Source: Candidatus Cloacimonadales bacterium
GTDB lineage: Bacteria; Cloacimonadota; Cloacimonadia; Cloacimonadales; JAFGVF01
Assembly: GCA_963662585.1 (NCBI GenBank)
Contig: OY759729.1
Coordinates: 1,824,001-1,888,000, forward strand
Reading direction: 5' to 3'
Length of the DNA stretch: 64,000 nucleotides
Below the pieces are notes generated by a model. That model was not told the DNA's origin. It saw only the letters and a program-made list of their open reading frames with translations, and did not search any database. Each line of letters begins with the position of its first letter. Positions within the stretch are counted from its first letter, which is position 1. This document shows positions 29,456-40,600 of this stretch, one piece after another. Made by a program: the position numbers and the translations under genes.

Positions 29456-30055
29456 TTATTTTTTTAACTTTACCACATAATTAAGCATTTTCTTATCTGA
29501 TTTATGAATATCATCACAGAACCATTGCTCTAAAATGTCAAATCTATCTCCTAACATTTTGATTACTTGTCTATGTTTGTAATAAGTAGAAAAGATTCCC
29601 TTTTCATCAAGCTTATCTCCTATACCTTCATAGAGAGAAAAGAAAAATACTCCTGAGAAGTTAATTTTATCCCAAAACTCTTGAAGTTGCTTATAAGTTA
29701 GATGCTGCATGGCAAGATTGCAGAAAAGATGCTTAATTTCGTAATCTCTGATATAAGAATTTACGAAATCAACATCAGAGAAGTCAATATATGAAAAGGG
29801 ACAGGCAAATCTGCTTCCGATCCATTCGTAAAATCCCAAGACATTATCACTGCCTTGAATGCTTTTCCCCTGACCAAACATATAAGTTAAGTTGTTTCCT
29901 GAACCTGTTCCTAATTCTAGAATCTTCTCTATTCCATCAACGAACTTAAGAAACTTCTCAACTCCTTCTTGATGGTAGTTGTTAAAAGTTTCTGCTATAT
30001 AATCTACACATATTCTATCGTAAATTTCCATGTTTTCTTCTATATTTTTTCTCAA
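29456..30055 (-). CDS. Class I SAM-dependent methyltransferase
   Basis: ILELGTGSG motif I; ...CNLAMQHL. Confidence 0.75.
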   Translation of the reverse strand: MRKNIEENMEIYDRICVDYIAETFNNYHQEGVEKFLKFVDGIEKILELGTGSGNNLTYMFGQGKSIQGSDNVLGFYEWIGSRFACPFSYIDFSDVDFVNSYIRDYEIKHLFCNLAMQHLTYKQLQEFWDKINFSGVFFFSLYEGIGDKLDEKGIFSTYYKHRQVIKMLGDRFDILEQWFCDDIHKSDKKMLNYVVKLKK

Positions 30056-30189
30056 ACTCTATACCTCTTGGTTATTAATTATTATCAAGTCAATATTAGA
30101 TGCCATGCTCTGCTTCCCCCTCGAGTTTTCCTTTTAGACCGATTTATATAAGAATTTTCTTATTGTTTCCTGCTTCTCTGCTAACGCAT

Positions 30190-30290
30190 GATCCCATTGG
30201 GATTTAAGAAATTATCATTGTTTGCACAATGATAAAAGGCAGGGATGCCCACATTCCCAGTTAATCTCAATTCTCAATTCTCAATTCTTA
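30190..30290 (-). repeat. Repeat array D: heptamer head plus TTAACTGGGAATGTGGGC module plus ATCATTG..CAATGAT hairpin
   Basis: The reverse complement matches 54066-54136 of array E; the heptamer tract overlaps the permease stop codon. Confidence 0.8.
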
Positions 30291-31525
30291 GATATTATAT
30301 CCTTGAAATTCAGGATCAAATTTAGTAACATACCTATAATAGCAGCAAGTCCTAATCCTTCTAATTGGAAAGTTCCATAAGCAAACTTTGCATTTCCTAA
30401 GCCAATAACTAACATAGATGCGGAAATGATAAGAATCTTAGGATTTGAGAAATCAACTTTAGCATCTATCATATTTTTGATACCTATAGACGAAATCATA
30501 CCAAATAAGAGGATTGAGATTCCGCCAATAACTGGTCCTGGAATAACTTTAATAATTTCTGTAAATTTAGGAATAAAAGCTAAAATAATAGCAAAAGTTG
30601 CAGCAATTCTCATAATCACAGGATTAGTATTGCCAGTTAAAGCTACTGCACCAGTGTTTTCGCTATAAGTAGTTAAAACAGGCCCACCAATTGAAGAAGA
30701 GATACAACTTGCTACTCCGTCCCCAAAAAGAGTTCTATGAATACCTGGTTTAGTTAAAAAGTCTTTTCCTGCTACATTTCCAATTGCTAACACATCACCA
30801 AAGTGTTCCACGATGGCCACTAAAGCTATAGGGACAGTTATTGAAAGTGCATTTATTGAGAATTTAGGAGTTGTTAAGCTTGGTAAGCCAAACCAACTAG
30901 CATTCTGTACGGCTGCCCAATCTATAAGTCCAAATATGGAAGATATGATAAATCCGAATACTAAAGAAATTAATACTGGCAACATTGAAAGAAACTTTAA
31001 ACCAATTTTCTCAAAATAGATTTTAACTATAACAGAAACGGCAAAAGTAGATAAAGCTAATAACCAGCATCCATTTGTGCCGATTGAAGCCATTAATCCA
31101 GGAGAGTTTGCCCCATTTGCATTAGAGATAGCGACAGGAGCAAGAATTAGACCTATCAAAACAATCATAGGACCAGTAACCCAGGCAGGTAAAATCTTAT
31201 GTAATGATTCTATACTGATAAAATTTAATAGTAAGCCTACCAGCATAAACATAACACCAGCCCCAAAGATTCCACCTAAGGCATAAGGCATTCCTGAACT
31301 GGCAGAGATGGCTTGAATAGCTGCTATAAAAGCAAAAGACGAACCTAAATAGATAGGGACCATATTTTTGGTAATTAAATGGAATATTAAAGTGCCGATA
31401 CCTGTGGCTAATAATGTAGCACCAATATCTAATCCTGTTAAAATTGGTACTAAAACTGTTGCTCCGAACATAACAAAAGTATGTTGCAAGCCCATTATAA
31501 TATTTCGCGAATTAAAATCTTTCAT
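30281..31525 (-). CDS. Uracil/xanthine permease (NCS2 family)
   Basis: GLQHTFVMFGATVLVP, YLGSSFAF, TTYSENTG. Confidence 0.92.
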   Translation of the reverse strand: MKDFNSRNIIMGLQHTFVMFGATVLVPILTGLDIGATLLATGIGTLIFHLITKNMVPIYLGSSFAFIAAIQAISASSGMPYALGGIFGAGVMFMLVGLLLNFISIESLHKILPAWVTGPMIVLIGLILAPVAISNANGANSPGLMASIGTNGCWLLALSTFAVSVIVKIYFEKIGLKFLSMLPVLISLVFGFIISSIFGLIDWAAVQNASWFGLPSLTTPKFSINALSITVPIALVAIVEHFGDVLAIGNVAGKDFLTKPGIHRTLFGDGVASCISSSIGGPVLTTYSENTGAVALTGNTNPVIMRIAATFAIILAFIPKFTEIIKVIPGPVIGGISILLFGMISSIGIKNMIDAKVDFSNPKILIISASMLVIGLGNAKFAYGTFQLEGLGLAAIIGMLLNLILNFKDIISKN

Positions 31526-31779
31526 GATTACTCCCACGCTTTAATTTAAGATTAAGTATTTTTTAATTGAAATGAAATTCTGTCAATTGATAAATTTTGC
31601 AGAATTTTATCTTATTCTATAAATCTAAATTAAGCTTTAAAGAATAGATTTGACACAGAAGGCATGAAACTATTTGTGTAATGTAGTGAATCAGTAGAAA
31701 AATTGATTTGGAAAACAAAATATTAATAAAGCCCAATAATGCTACCTGGGTTTAGGAAAATAAGGAAGATATAGAGAAA

Positions 31780-31977
31780 ATGAGTATAGATAATACAAAA
31801 AGAATTAATATTGAGATTGGAAAGAAGGTAGAGCTTGTGCAGAAGCAAGATCAAAGAAGCGGAAAGCTAACTTCGGGTGTGGTCAAAAGAATTCTAACTA
31901 ATTCAGCTAATCACCCTCATGGTATAAAAGTCATGCTAGAATCTGGAATTGTTGGAAGAGTTAAGAATATTTTTTAA
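31780..31977 (+). CDS. YwbE-like small conserved protein
   Basis: KQDQRSGKLTSGVV...HPHGIKV.LESG.VGRV. Confidence 0.8.
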   Translation: MSIDNTKRINIEIGKKVELVQKQDQRSGKLTSGVVKRILTNSANHPHGIKVMLESGIVGRVKNIF

Positions 31978-32396
31978 AGATAATAAATGAATTAAAAGAA
32001 AAGTTAAGGGAAAATTTAGAAGAAATTACTAAAAAGTTGGCTCTGTAAAAGAGTAAATTTAAGAAGTTATTGGAAAATTTTTAAGAAAAAAGATAAAAAA
32101 AATAATTCTGTAAAAAATATTATTAAAATATTATTAGACAAGAATTTATTGTCCATATAGCAAATATTGAATAAAGCTACTAACAATCGCTATTTGTGTC
32201 ATTTTTATGATGATATGAGCGAGCATCAATTTGAGTCAACTTATTGATTCATAACATTTTTTCAAAAAAGTATTTGACATGAAAACGGGTAAAATAATGC
32301 TTGTCTAAGAATTTGGTGCGATATTTGAAAAATACAGAGTGTGAAAAAAAAGTCTTGACAAGAAAAGTGAGTTTGATTTTATAGCAATACATTCAC

Positions 32397-32471
32397 GCCA
32401 ACGTGGCTCAATGGTAGAGCAGCTGATTTGTAATCAGCAGGTTGGGGGTTCGATTCCCTTCGTTGGCTCCA
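32397..32471 (+). tRNA. tRNA-Thr(TGT)
   Basis: Cloverleaf, acceptor GCCAACG/CGTTGGC, anticodon loop TTTGTAA, encoded CCA. Confidence 0.97.
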
Positions 32472-32478
32472 TAATTGT

Positions 32479-32563
32479 GGAGAGGTTCCCGAGCGGTCAA
32501 AGGGAACAGACTGTAAATCTGTCGGCGAAGCCTTCGGAGGTTCAAATCCTCCTCTCTCCACCA
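32479..32563 (+). tRNA. tRNA-Tyr(GTA)
   Basis: Anticodon loop CTGTAAA, long variable arm, TTCAAAT T-loop, CCA. Confidence 0.97.
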
Positions 32564-32619
32564 TTTTTTTTTGTGAATGAAAAGCTATTTTAAAAATAAA
32601 TAGAATTACGAGCCGAAAA

Positions 32620-32696
32620 GCGGGAGTAGCTCAGTTGGCTAGAGCATCAGCCTTCCAAGCTGAGGGTCGCGGGTTCGAATCCCGTTTCCCGCTCCA
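32620..32696 (+). tRNA. tRNA-Gly(TCC)
   Basis: GCGGGAG/TTCCCGC acceptor, loop CTTCCAA, CCA. Confidence 0.97.
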
Positions 32697-32709
32697 TTTT
32701 TTTTGAGAT

Positions 32710-32785
<76 letters not shown>

Positions 32786-32974
32786 CTTGAAAATAATAAT
32801 TAGAAACAATTACTAAGATAAATTCATTAACATAACATATTGCGAAAAAAAGAATTTGTTGTTAGTATAAAATAGGGAAGAGACCGCACAAGTGCGGTGT
32901 ATTTGTGTTTACACGAAATCCTTATAGACCTAAAACTGAAAAATAAGAAAAGATAACTAAATCCGGGAGGAAAC

Positions 32975-34156
32975 ATGGCAAAGCAAAAATTTGTTAGAAC
33001 AAAACCTCATGTTAATGTTGGAACTATTGGTCACGTTGATCATGGTAAAACAACTTTAACTGCTGCAATAACACTATATTTAAGTAAGAAAACTGGTGCT
33101 GCATTCAGATCATTCGACTCAATTGATAATGCACCTGAAGAAAAAGAGCGTGGAATTACTATTGCTACAGCTCACGTTGAATATGAATCAGATAAACGCC
33201 ACTATGCTCACGTTGACTGCCCAGGTCACGCTGACTATGTGAAAAATATGATTACAGGTGCTGCTCAGATGGACGGTGCTATCCTAGTTGTTAGTGCTGC
33301 TGACGGTCCTATGCCTCAAACAAAAGAACACATTCTTCTTGCAAGACAGGTTGGTGTTCCAGCTATGGTTGTATTTATGAACAAATGTGACCTTGTTGAT
33401 GATGAAGAACTTCTCGAATTAGTTGAAATGGAAGTTAGAGAACTTCTTGAAAAATATGGTTTCCCAGATGATGTTCCATTTATTCATGGTTCAGCTCTTA
33501 AAGGTCTTAATGGAGACCCAGAAGGCGAAGCTCAAATTCAAGAACTCGTTGATGCAATTGACGCATATATTCCAGAACCAGACAGAGATGTGGACAAACC
33601 ATTCTTGATGCCTGTTGAAGATGTATTCTCAATTCCTGGTCGTGGAACAGTTGCTACTGGTCGTGTTGAACGCGGTGTAGTTAAAACTGGTGACAAAATC
33701 GAAAGAGTTGGTATCAGAGAAACTGTTGAAACAACTTGTACTGGTGTTGAAATGTTCAGAAAAATCATGGATCAAGCTGAAGCTGGTGATAATATCGGTT
33801 GTCTTCTTCGTGGTTTTGCTAAAACTGACATTGAAAGAGGTATGGTTCTTGCTAAACCAAAATCAGTTAAACCTCACACTAAATTTACAGGCGAAACTTA
33901 TATCCTCACAAAAGATGAGGGTGGAAGACACAAACCATTCTTCGATGGTTACAGACCTCAATTCTACTTCAGAACAACTGATGTTACTGGTTCTTTGAAA
34001 CTTCCTGAAGGTGTAGAAATGATTATGCCTGGTGATAATGTTTCTATCGGCGCAGAACTTATCGTTCCTATCGCTTTAGAACAAGGTTTACGCTTCGCTA
34101 TCCGTGAAGGTGGAAGAACTATCGGTGCTGGTGTTGTTGCAACTGTAATTGACTAA
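32975..34156 (+). CDS. tuf: Elongation factor Tu
   Basis: [35 protein letters not shown]. Confidence 0.99.
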   Translation: MAKQKFVRTKPHVNVGTIGHVDHGKTTLTAAITLYLSKKTGAAFRSFDSIDNAPEEKERGITIATAHVEYESDKRHYAHVDCPGHADYVKNMITGAAQMDGAILVVSAADGPMPQTKEHILLARQVGVPAMVVFMNKCDLVDDEELLELVEMEVRELLEKYGFPDDVPFIHGSALKGLNGDPEGEAQIQELVDAIDAYIPEPDRDVDKPFLMPVEDVFSIPGRGTVATGRVERGVVKTGDKIERVGIRETVETTCTGVEMFRKIMDQAEAGDNIGCLLRGFAKTDIERGMVLAKPKSVKPHTKFTGETYILTKDEGGRHKPFFDGYRPQFYFRTTDVTGSLKLPEGVEMIMPGDNVSIGAELIVPIALEQGLRFAIREGGRTIGAGVVATVID

Positions 34157-34186
34157 TTACGAAATAATCAGCTAAGAAGGTAAATA

Positions 34187-34336
34187 ATGAGAGATATCAT
34201 AATTCTGGAATGTACAGAGTGTAAAAACAGAAACTATACAACTACCAGAAATAAAAGAAAAAACCCGGGTAAACTGGAGTTAAAGAAATTCTGTCCAGCT
34301 TGTAGAAAACATACTACACATAAGCAGAATAAATAG
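34187..34336 (+). CDS. rpmG: 50S ribosomal protein L33, Zn-ribbon (C+) form; absent from the ORF track
   Basis: [49 protein letters not shown]; canonical position between tuf and tRNA-Trp. Confidence 0.95.
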   Translation: MRDIIILECTECKNRNYTTTRNKRKNPGKLELKKFCPACRKHTTHKQNK

Positions 34337-34345
34337 TAGAAATAC

Positions 34346-34421
34346 AGGATAGTAGTTCAATTGGTAGAGCACTGGTCTCCAAAACCAGGTGTTGCGGGTT
34401 CGAGTCCTGCCTATCCTGCCA
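34346..34421 (+). tRNA. tRNA-Trp(CCA)
   Basis: AGGATAG/CTATCCT acceptor, loop CTCCAAA, CCA end. Confidence 0.97.
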
Positions 34422-34513
34422 AATAAATTAGGCAAAGTCAGTAGAAATATCTACTGGCTTTTTGCCCATTTAAAAAAATTTATAAAATCTGCAAAGAAAG
34501 ACGGAAAAATAAT

Positions 34514-34699
34514 ATGGAAAAAATATCAACTTTTTTGAAGGAAGTTCGCCAGGAACTTGTAACAATATCATGGCCTAAAAAGCCGGATATTTCAGAGGGT
34601 ACAACAGTTGTTCTAACTATGACTATTATTACAAGCATATTTTTAATGATAGTTGATGTAGTTTTTAATACCGTGATAACTGAAACCTTATTTAGATAA
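34514..34699 (+). CDS. secE: Preprotein translocase subunit SecE
   Basis: FLKEVRQEL..ISWP plus one TM helix; upstream of nusG. Confidence 0.9.
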   Translation: MEKISTFLKEVRQELVTISWPKKPDISEGTTVVLTMTIITSIFLMIVDVVFNTVITETLFR

Positions 34700-34712
34700 G
34701 GGGATAGTTATT

Positions 34713-35234
34713 ATGCAATGGTATGTTGTACACACTTTTTCATCTCATGAAAATAGAGTAAAAGAGACTATTGAAAAAAGTATTATTGGAACCGATTTAG
34801 AGGATTTAATCGGACAGATCTTGGTTCCAACTCAAAAGACATTTATTATCAGAGATGGAAAGAAAATAGAGACTGAGAAAAAAATATTTAATTCCTACAT
34901 AATTGTAGAAGCAGAAATGGAACCAAAGGTTTATGCTTACATCAAATCAATTTCAGGTGTTACTAACTTCTTAGGATATGGTAAAAAACCAATTCCTCTT
35001 GATGAAAAAGAAGTTAATAGATTACTTGGAATAAATGATAGAGATGATTCTACAACCCAATTTGATTTCATGCCTGGTGATATGGTTAAAATTATCGCAG
35101 GTGCTTTTACTGATTTTGAAGGTATCGTAGATAAAGTCGATCAATCTTCAGGAAAAATATCTGTTAATGTTTCCGTTTTCGGCAGGATTACTCCTGTAGA
35201 AGTTAACGGTGAACAGGTTGAAAGAAAAAAATAG
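34713..35234 (+). CDS. nusG: Transcription termination/antitermination factor NusG
   Basis: WYVVHTFSSHE, KOW domain, VFGRITPVEV. Confidence 0.95.
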   Translation: MQWYVVHTFSSHENRVKETIEKSIIGTDLEDLIGQILVPTQKTFIIRDGKKIETEKKIFNSYIIVEAEMEPKVYAYIKSISGVTNFLGYGKKPIPLDEKEVNRLLGINDRDDSTTQFDFMPGDMVKIIAGAFTDFEGIVDKVDQSSGKISVNVSVFGRITPVEVNGEQVERKK

Positions 35235-35302
35235 TTTAAGTTCAAAGTCCTAGGTTTTACTTTGAGCTTAAGACTTTGGACTAATAAAAAAAAGAGGTAG
35301 TT

Positions 35303-35734
35303 ATGGCTAAATTAAAAGGTGTAACACATGTTGTCAAACTTCAGTTACCTGCTGGAAAAGCAACCCCGGCACCTCCCGTGGGACCTGCATTAGGTCAGGC
35401 TGGAGTGAATATTCCTGATTTTTGTAAACAGTTTAATGCTAGAACAGCTGACCAACCGGGAATGATTTTCCCTGTTGTTATCAGTGTTTTCAAAAACAAG
35501 TCATTTGTATTTGAAATTAAGACTCCTCCAGCAGCTGTTCTTATTAGGAAAGAGGCTAACCTTGCAAAAGGTTCATCTGTTCCTAACAAGGATAAAGTTG
35601 GAAAGATTACTAAAGAACAATGCAAAAAGATCGCTGAATTAAAAGCACAAGATTTAAATAGTTTTTCCCTTGAATCTGCTATGCGCATGATCGCCGGGAC
35701 TGCAAGGAGTATGGGAGTATTAGTCGAGGACTAA
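35303..35734 (+). CDS. rplK: 50S ribosomal protein L11
   Basis: [25 protein letters not shown]. Confidence 0.98.
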   Translation: MAKLKGVTHVVKLQLPAGKATPAPPVGPALGQAGVNIPDFCKQFNARTADQPGMIFPVVISVFKNKSFVFEIKTPPAAVLIRKEANLAKGSSVPNKDKVGKITKEQCKKIAELKAQDLNSFSLESAMRMIAGTARSMGVLVED

Positions 35735-35792
35735 TGCTGACAATCAACAATATCTCAATTTGCAGGAGATTATAATCAAAGGAGAATAGTGG

Positions 35793-36500
35793 ATGAAGAG
35801 AAGTAAACGCTACAAAGAAGCATTTTCAAAGGTTGACCGTCAAAGTAGATATGATTTAGCAACTGCAATCAACTTGTTAAAGGAAGTTCCTGTAACAAAA
35901 TTTGATGAGACAGTAGAAATTCATATGAATCTTGGTGTCGATCCTAGAAAAGCTGATCAGCAAATTAGAAGCTCACTTGTTCTTCCTCATGGAACTGGAA
36001 AACAAGTAAGAGTTTTAGTTTTTGCTGAAGGAGAAAAAGCAGACCAAGCTAAAGCAGCTGGTGCAGAATTCGTTGGTGTCGATGAATATATTGACAAAAT
36101 AACCAAAGATAGCTGGATGGAATTTGATACTGTGATAGCTACTCCAAATTTAATGGGTAAAATTGGTAGATTAGGTAGAGTTCTCGGACCAAGAGGTCTT
36201 ATGCCTAACCCTAAAGTTGGAACCGTTACAATGGATGTAGAAACAGCAGTAAGAGAAGCAAAGTCCGGTAAAGTCGTATATAGGGTTGATAAATTTTCAA
36301 ACATACATGTTCCTGCAGGCAAATTAAGTTTTGAAATGGGTAACATTAAAGAAAATTTAATCACAATTATTGCAGCAATTTTGAAAGATAGACCTTCAAC
36401 AGTGAAAGGAACATTTATCAAAAGCATGACATTGACCTCAACCATGGGACCAGGTGTTAAACTTGATGTTGCAGGTGTAACCTTAGAAGCTAAATCATAG
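35793..36500 (+). CDS. rplA: 50S ribosomal protein L1
   Basis: KFDETVE, LPHGTGK, LGPRGLMPNPK, STMGPG. Confidence 0.98.
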   Translation: MKRSKRYKEAFSKVDRQSRYDLATAINLLKEVPVTKFDETVEIHMNLGVDPRKADQQIRSSLVLPHGTGKQVRVLVFAEGEKADQAKAAGAEFVGVDEYIDKITKDSWMEFDTVIATPNLMGKIGRLGRVLGPRGLMPNPKVGTVTMDVETAVREAKSGKVVYRVDKFSNIHVPAGKLSFEMGNIKENLITIIAAILKDRPSTVKGTFIKSMTLTSTMGPGVKLDVAGVTLEAKS

Positions 36501-36509
36501 GAGAGGAAA

Positions 36510-37019
36510 ATGGTACAACCTTATAAAAAGAATTTAGTAAGTGAAATTAAAGAGCGACTTGACAGTGCTAAAGCGATAGTCTTAGTAGATTATAAGGGAA
36601 TTAATATTGAAGAAGTAGATCAACTTCGCAACAGATTTAGAAATAATGATGTTGATTATTTTGTTCAGAAAAACACATTAGTTAAGATAGCACTTAATGA
36701 ATTAGGAATCAAAGAATTAGATTCTTATTTAAAAGGACCAACCGGTGTAGCTGTCTGTAAAAGTGATGAAGTTTCTGCAGCAAGAGAAATGGCAACTTTC
36801 GTTAAAGAAGTTATGGAAGATAAGCCATTTCCAACATTCAAAGCTGGATTAGTTGATGGAGTATTATATCTGAACGAAGATCTTAGTAAACTTTCTAAAA
36901 TACCGTCTAGAGATGTATTGTTGGCTAAAATGTTTGGTAGCATGAAAGCCCCAATTTCAAGCTTCGTACGCTTAATTGATGCGATAGCTAAAAAAGACGA
37001 AGAAGCAAAAGCTGAATAA
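36510..37019 (+). CDS. rplJ: 50S ribosomal protein L10
   Basis: DYKG, KNTL, GPT motifs; position. Confidence 0.95.
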   Translation: MVQPYKKNLVSEIKERLDSAKAIVLVDYKGINIEEVDQLRNRFRNNDVDYFVQKNTLVKIALNELGIKELDSYLKGPTGVAVCKSDEVSAAREMATFVKEVMEDKPFPTFKAGLVDGVLYLNEDLSKLSKIPSRDVLLAKMFGSMKAPISSFVRLIDAIAKKDEEAKAE

Positions 37020-37042
37020 AAAATATAATCATGGAGGAATAC

Positions 37043-37408
37043 ATGTCCGATAAAAAACAGCAAATTATTGATCTTGTAAAAGAGATGAGTGTAATGGAGT
37101 TATCCGAATTAGTTACTGAAATGGAAGAAATTTTTGGTGTATCAGCAGCAGCTGCTGTTGCTGTAGCTGCAGGACCTGCAGAAGCTGCAGAAGAACAAAC
37201 AGAATTTGATGTTATTCTTGTAAGCGCAGGAGCCAAGAAAATTAATGTAATTAAAGCAGTAAGAGAAATCACCAAACTTGGTTTAAAAGAAGCTAAAGAA
37301 ATGGTAGATACAGCTCCACAAAAAGTTGCTGAAGGCATTACTAAAGATGAAGCTGAAGCAATGAGAAAAACATTTGAAGACGCTGGTGCAACAGTAGAAG
37401 TCAAATAA
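37043..37408 (+). CDS. rplL: 50S ribosomal protein L7/L12
   Basis: [10 protein letters not shown] hinge, [25 protein letters not shown] indicates a start at 37043. Confidence 0.97.
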   Translation: MSDKKQQIIDLVKEMSVMELSELVTEMEEIFGVSAAAAVAVAAGPAEAAEEQTEFDVILVSAGAKKINVIKAVREITKLGLKEAKEMVDTAPQKVAEGITKDEAEAMRKTFEDAGATVEVK

Positions 37409-37430
37409 AACAATTAGAAACTAGTATAGA

Positions 37431-37470
37431 TGGAAGTGAGCCGATAGGCTCATTTCCCTATTTTATTTTA
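37431..37470 (+). terminator. Terminator/attenuator-like hairpin between rplL and rpoB
   Basis: GGAAGTGAGCC gata GGCTCATTTCC followed by a T-rich tract. Confidence 0.7.
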
Positions 37471-37600
37471 AGTTATTAGAAAACATAGTTTCGAAATCAA
37501 TGCCTTGTTAAATGAGTTTAACTGATAAATGGTTTCGTTTTTTTGTTAAAAAAAACAACAGTCGATCTTTAATCTATGAACATTATAAAGGAGTGGGCTT

Positions 37601-40600
37601 TTGAAAAAGTTCAAAAGTTATTCCAGAATATCCAAGAAATTTATCGAGTTGGGAATACCTCAAGTAGAAGTACCAAATCTTCTATCTATGCAGGTTGATT
37701 CTTTTGAAGATTTTATCCAAAAAGATGTTCATCCTCAACAGCGAAAGAATTTCGGATTACAAGCTGTTTTTGAGAATTTATTTCCCATAACAGACCCTAA
37801 AGAAAACTACGAGCTCGAATTTGTAGAATACCGAATCTTAAAAGAAAAATATTCAATTGATGAATGTATAGAAAGAAATTTATCGTACCAAGTTCCCTTA
37901 AAAATTAAATTAAGATTAAAAGTCTATGAAGTTGAAGAAGATGAAAATTTTGATATCATAGTAGAGAGTGTCGGTAGTAATGTAAATGATGTAAAGCAGT
38001 TTTTGATAACAGGTTTGAATTGGGATGAAGTTTCAGCTACTAATATACTGGAAGCAGTAGAGACCAATGAAGATACAAACAGGATTATAAACTCTTGTGA
38101 TGAAGCTGAAGATGCAAAACAAATTCTAAACACCTTAAAAACTTTCGGAGTAACAGGAAGAATCCAAAAGAGGATTGATAAAACAAGAACTCTGAGAGAT
38201 ATAATGGAACAAGAAGTTTTCTTAGGTGATATTCCTTTGATTACAGAGCAAGGTACTTTTGTAATTAACGGAGCTGAAAGAGTTATTATATCACAATTAC
38301 AACGCTCACCAGGTGTATATTTCTCAGAAGAGAAACACCCTAGTGGCAAGATGTTAATATCATCAAAAATAATTCCATATAATGGAAGCTGGTTGGAATT
38401 CCATATCGACATACATGATGTTGTTTATGTAAATATTGATAAAAGAAGAAAACTACCAGTATCAATTCTCTTAAGATCTGTTGGCTATATTCCAGAAAAC
38501 TATACTGAAATTCCGGAAGCAAGAGAGACCTTACGCCTTTCAGACGAGAAAGGAAATGTTTCTTTAAAAGCCAAAAACAGTTATTCTTACTTTGATATAT
38601 ATGACCCTCGTGAAGGTCATGAAGATAAACTGATAGTTTCAGCTAAAACTAAACTTAATAATGAATTAGTAGAAGAATTATTAAGTGTGGGTATAATTGA
38701 GATTGATACTATTAGTAATAAGTACATATCTACAGACAGAGTTCTTAGAGATGTATTTTATGACATCGAAGAGATGCCATTAGACAAAGCAGATAAGAGA
38801 TTTACTGCTTATGAGATAATAGGTTCAGATGGTGTTTTACTTGCTGAAGCTAATACTCAGATTGATAAAGATCTGATTACTGAGCTTACAGAAAAAGGTA
38901 TTAAAACTGTTAAAGTAGTCTCTGAAGACAGTGACTTTAATCGTAAGATACTTGAAAAAACACTATTAAAAGATCCTTCAAGGAATCAAGAAGAAGCTGC
39001 TCAAAAAATATATAGCTTAGTGAGACCTGGTGAAGATGAAGTTCCTATTGAAAATGCAATGGATCTAATTGATAAAATGTTCTTCAATTCTAAAAGATAT
39101 AATCTTGGTAATGTTGGACGCCATAAGTTAAATGCTAAACTAGATTTTGAGCATGATTATGGTACAAATGTCTTAACACAAAGAGATTTTACTGAAATTA
39201 TTCAGTATATGATCAGTATCTTTAAAGACGAAAAAGATGTAGATGATATAGATCACCTTGCTAACAGAAGAGTTAGAACAGTTGGTGAATTGTTAGAAGA
39301 ACAATATAAAACAGGTCTTTCAATGATCGCAAGAATCGCCTTAGAAAGAATGGCTATAGCGAATCCTGATGAAGTTACAGTGCATGATTTAATTAATAGT
39401 AATGCTCTTATAACTGTCATTGATTCTTTCTTCTTAACAGGTCAGTTGTCGCAGTTCATGGACCAAACAAACCCACTTTCAGCCCTAACACACAAGAGAA
39501 GATTGTCTGCTTTAGGACCTGGTGGTTTAGCTCGTGATAGAGCAGGATTCGAAGTTCGTGATATTCATTATTCACATTATGGAAGAATCTGTCCTATCGA
39601 AACACCTGAAGGCCCAAGTATTGGACTTTTAAACTCACCTGCGATTTATTCTCGCATTAATGAGTTTGGTTTCTTAGAAACACCTTATATTAAGGTTGAA
39701 AATGGTGTGATTACGAGTAGAGTTGATTATTTAGATGCTCATGAAGAGGATAAATATATCATAGCTCAACATGTAAATATTGATGATAATTTAGTAATTA
39801 CAGATAAATATGTATTTTGTCGTGAAAAAGATGAGTATGTCAATGTTACTCCTGAACAGATAGATTACATTGATGTATCACCTCAACAAGTTGTATCAGT
39901 ATCAGCAGCTCTAGTTCCTTTCTTGGAACATGATGATGCTAACCGTGCTTTGATGGGATCTAACATGCAGAGACAGTCTGTGCCGTTATTGAATCCTCAA
40001 ACTCCTATTATTGGTACAGGAATTGAGAAAATAGTAGCTCGTGAATCTGGTGCTGTTGTCTTGGCTCAATATGATGGGGAAGTTACTAGTGTGACTTCTG
40101 AATATATTGACATAAAGCCTGATTCAACAACAGATAATATTGATTTAATTGGAGATGAAAGAATTTATCTCAAGAAATATGTTAGATCAAACCAAGATAC
40201 TTGTATTAACCAACGCCCAATCGTTAGTATTGGAGATAAGGTTAAAAAAGGACAACCAATATCTGACGGACCTGGTGTCGAAGGCGATAGATTAGCCTTG
40301 GGTACAAATATGGTAGTTGCATTCATGCCTTGGTATGGATTCAACTATGAAGATGCTATTATTTTGAGTGAACATGTAGCTCGAAAAGATACACTTACTT
40401 CTATCTATATTGAAGAGTTAGAAGTTTTAGTTAGAGATTTAAAAAATGGTAAAGAAGAGTTAGCAAGTGATATTCCTAATGTCCCTGTTAATTCTTTAAG
40501 AAACTTAGATAAATCAGGTATTATCCGAGTTGGTTCAGTTATTACAGCAGGGGATATCATAGTTGGTAAAATTACACCAAAATCTGTGGAAATAGATCCT

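Noticed and set aside
31538..31779. PyrR attenuator or purine riboswitch upstream of the uracil/xanthine permease
   Set aside because: No recognisable AGUCC/AGGCU binding-loop or aptamer motifs; the region is AT-rich.
32379..32593. ORFs 32379-32564(-) and 32411-32593(+)
   Set aside because: Shadow translations of the tRNA-Thr and tRNA-Tyr genes.
36501..36509. L10 leader before rplJ
   Set aside because: Only 9 nt separate rplA and rplJ, leaving no room.
35395..38412. Long antisense ORFs over rplK, rplA, rplJ, rplL and rpoB (and similar ones over selD, ptb, the uracil permease, tuf, rpoC and gpsA)
   Set aside because: Antisense or alternate-frame shadows of well-supported genes, expected from codon bias.
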